NCBI GenBank assembly: GCA_044344255.1
Contig: JBIJDH010000006.1
Location: forward strand, 1 to 64,000
Source of the DNA: Myxococcota bacterium
GTDB lineage: Bacteria; Myxococcota_A; UBA796; UBA2385
Direction: 5' to 3'
DNA length: 64,000 nt
The notes beneath the pieces are model-generated. The model was not told the DNA's origin, made no database searches, and worked only from the letters and a program-made list of their open reading frames with translations. Position 1 is the stretch's first letter. Every line of letters starts with the position of its first letter. A program made the position numbers and the translations under genes. Below, one piece after another: positions 63,834 through 64,000 of this stretch.

Positions 63834-64000
63834 GGCCTGACCAACCTGACCGACTGTCCGAATATCCGACACCCCCCCTGATTCGAGGATACCCATGGAT
63901 CTATGCGATGAGATACCGGAGGCCCTGTCGAGAGGGTGACGAAGGTCGCTCCCCCAGCACCGCCGCTCCCCACTCGCCGAGCCCACGATGGACGAGCCCG

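Overview
Very GC-rich (roughly 70-75% by eye), gene-dense bacterial window. The many lipoproteins with acidic Gly-rich linkers, MopE/FG-GAP and PKD repeats, DUF1501/cytochrome pairs and sigma54 promoters point to a Myxococcota-like organism (inference). About 50 CDS and one tRNA-Leu(CAG), with a clear promoter and terminator, are supported. The left end is decaying: an ISAs1-family element has split a COG0523 GTPase gene, followed by a lone LuxR-type HTH, a deletion-collapsed siderophore-interacting-protein gene and a possible LysR relic; a similarly collapsed FGE-sulfatase gene lies at 14.4-14.7 kb. Intact highlights are an Mpo1(DUF962)-like/aldonolactone-oxidase fusion, a membrane-anchored P450, a DES1-like desaturase, a DUF1501/diheme-cytochrome locus, cphB-UDG, a wecB-flippase-carbamoyltransferase operon, thiG-thiE-B12 radical SAM, a PKD-PKD-glycosyltransferase operon, a sigma54 propeller-propeller-barrel operon and a 2008-aa DUF4011/helicase/nuclease/DUF3320 (Hhe-like) protein. 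Two genes appear to start at CTG codons overlapping the upstream stop. No CRISPR array, rRNA or prophage was seen. All family calls come from motif recognition by eye; no searches were run.
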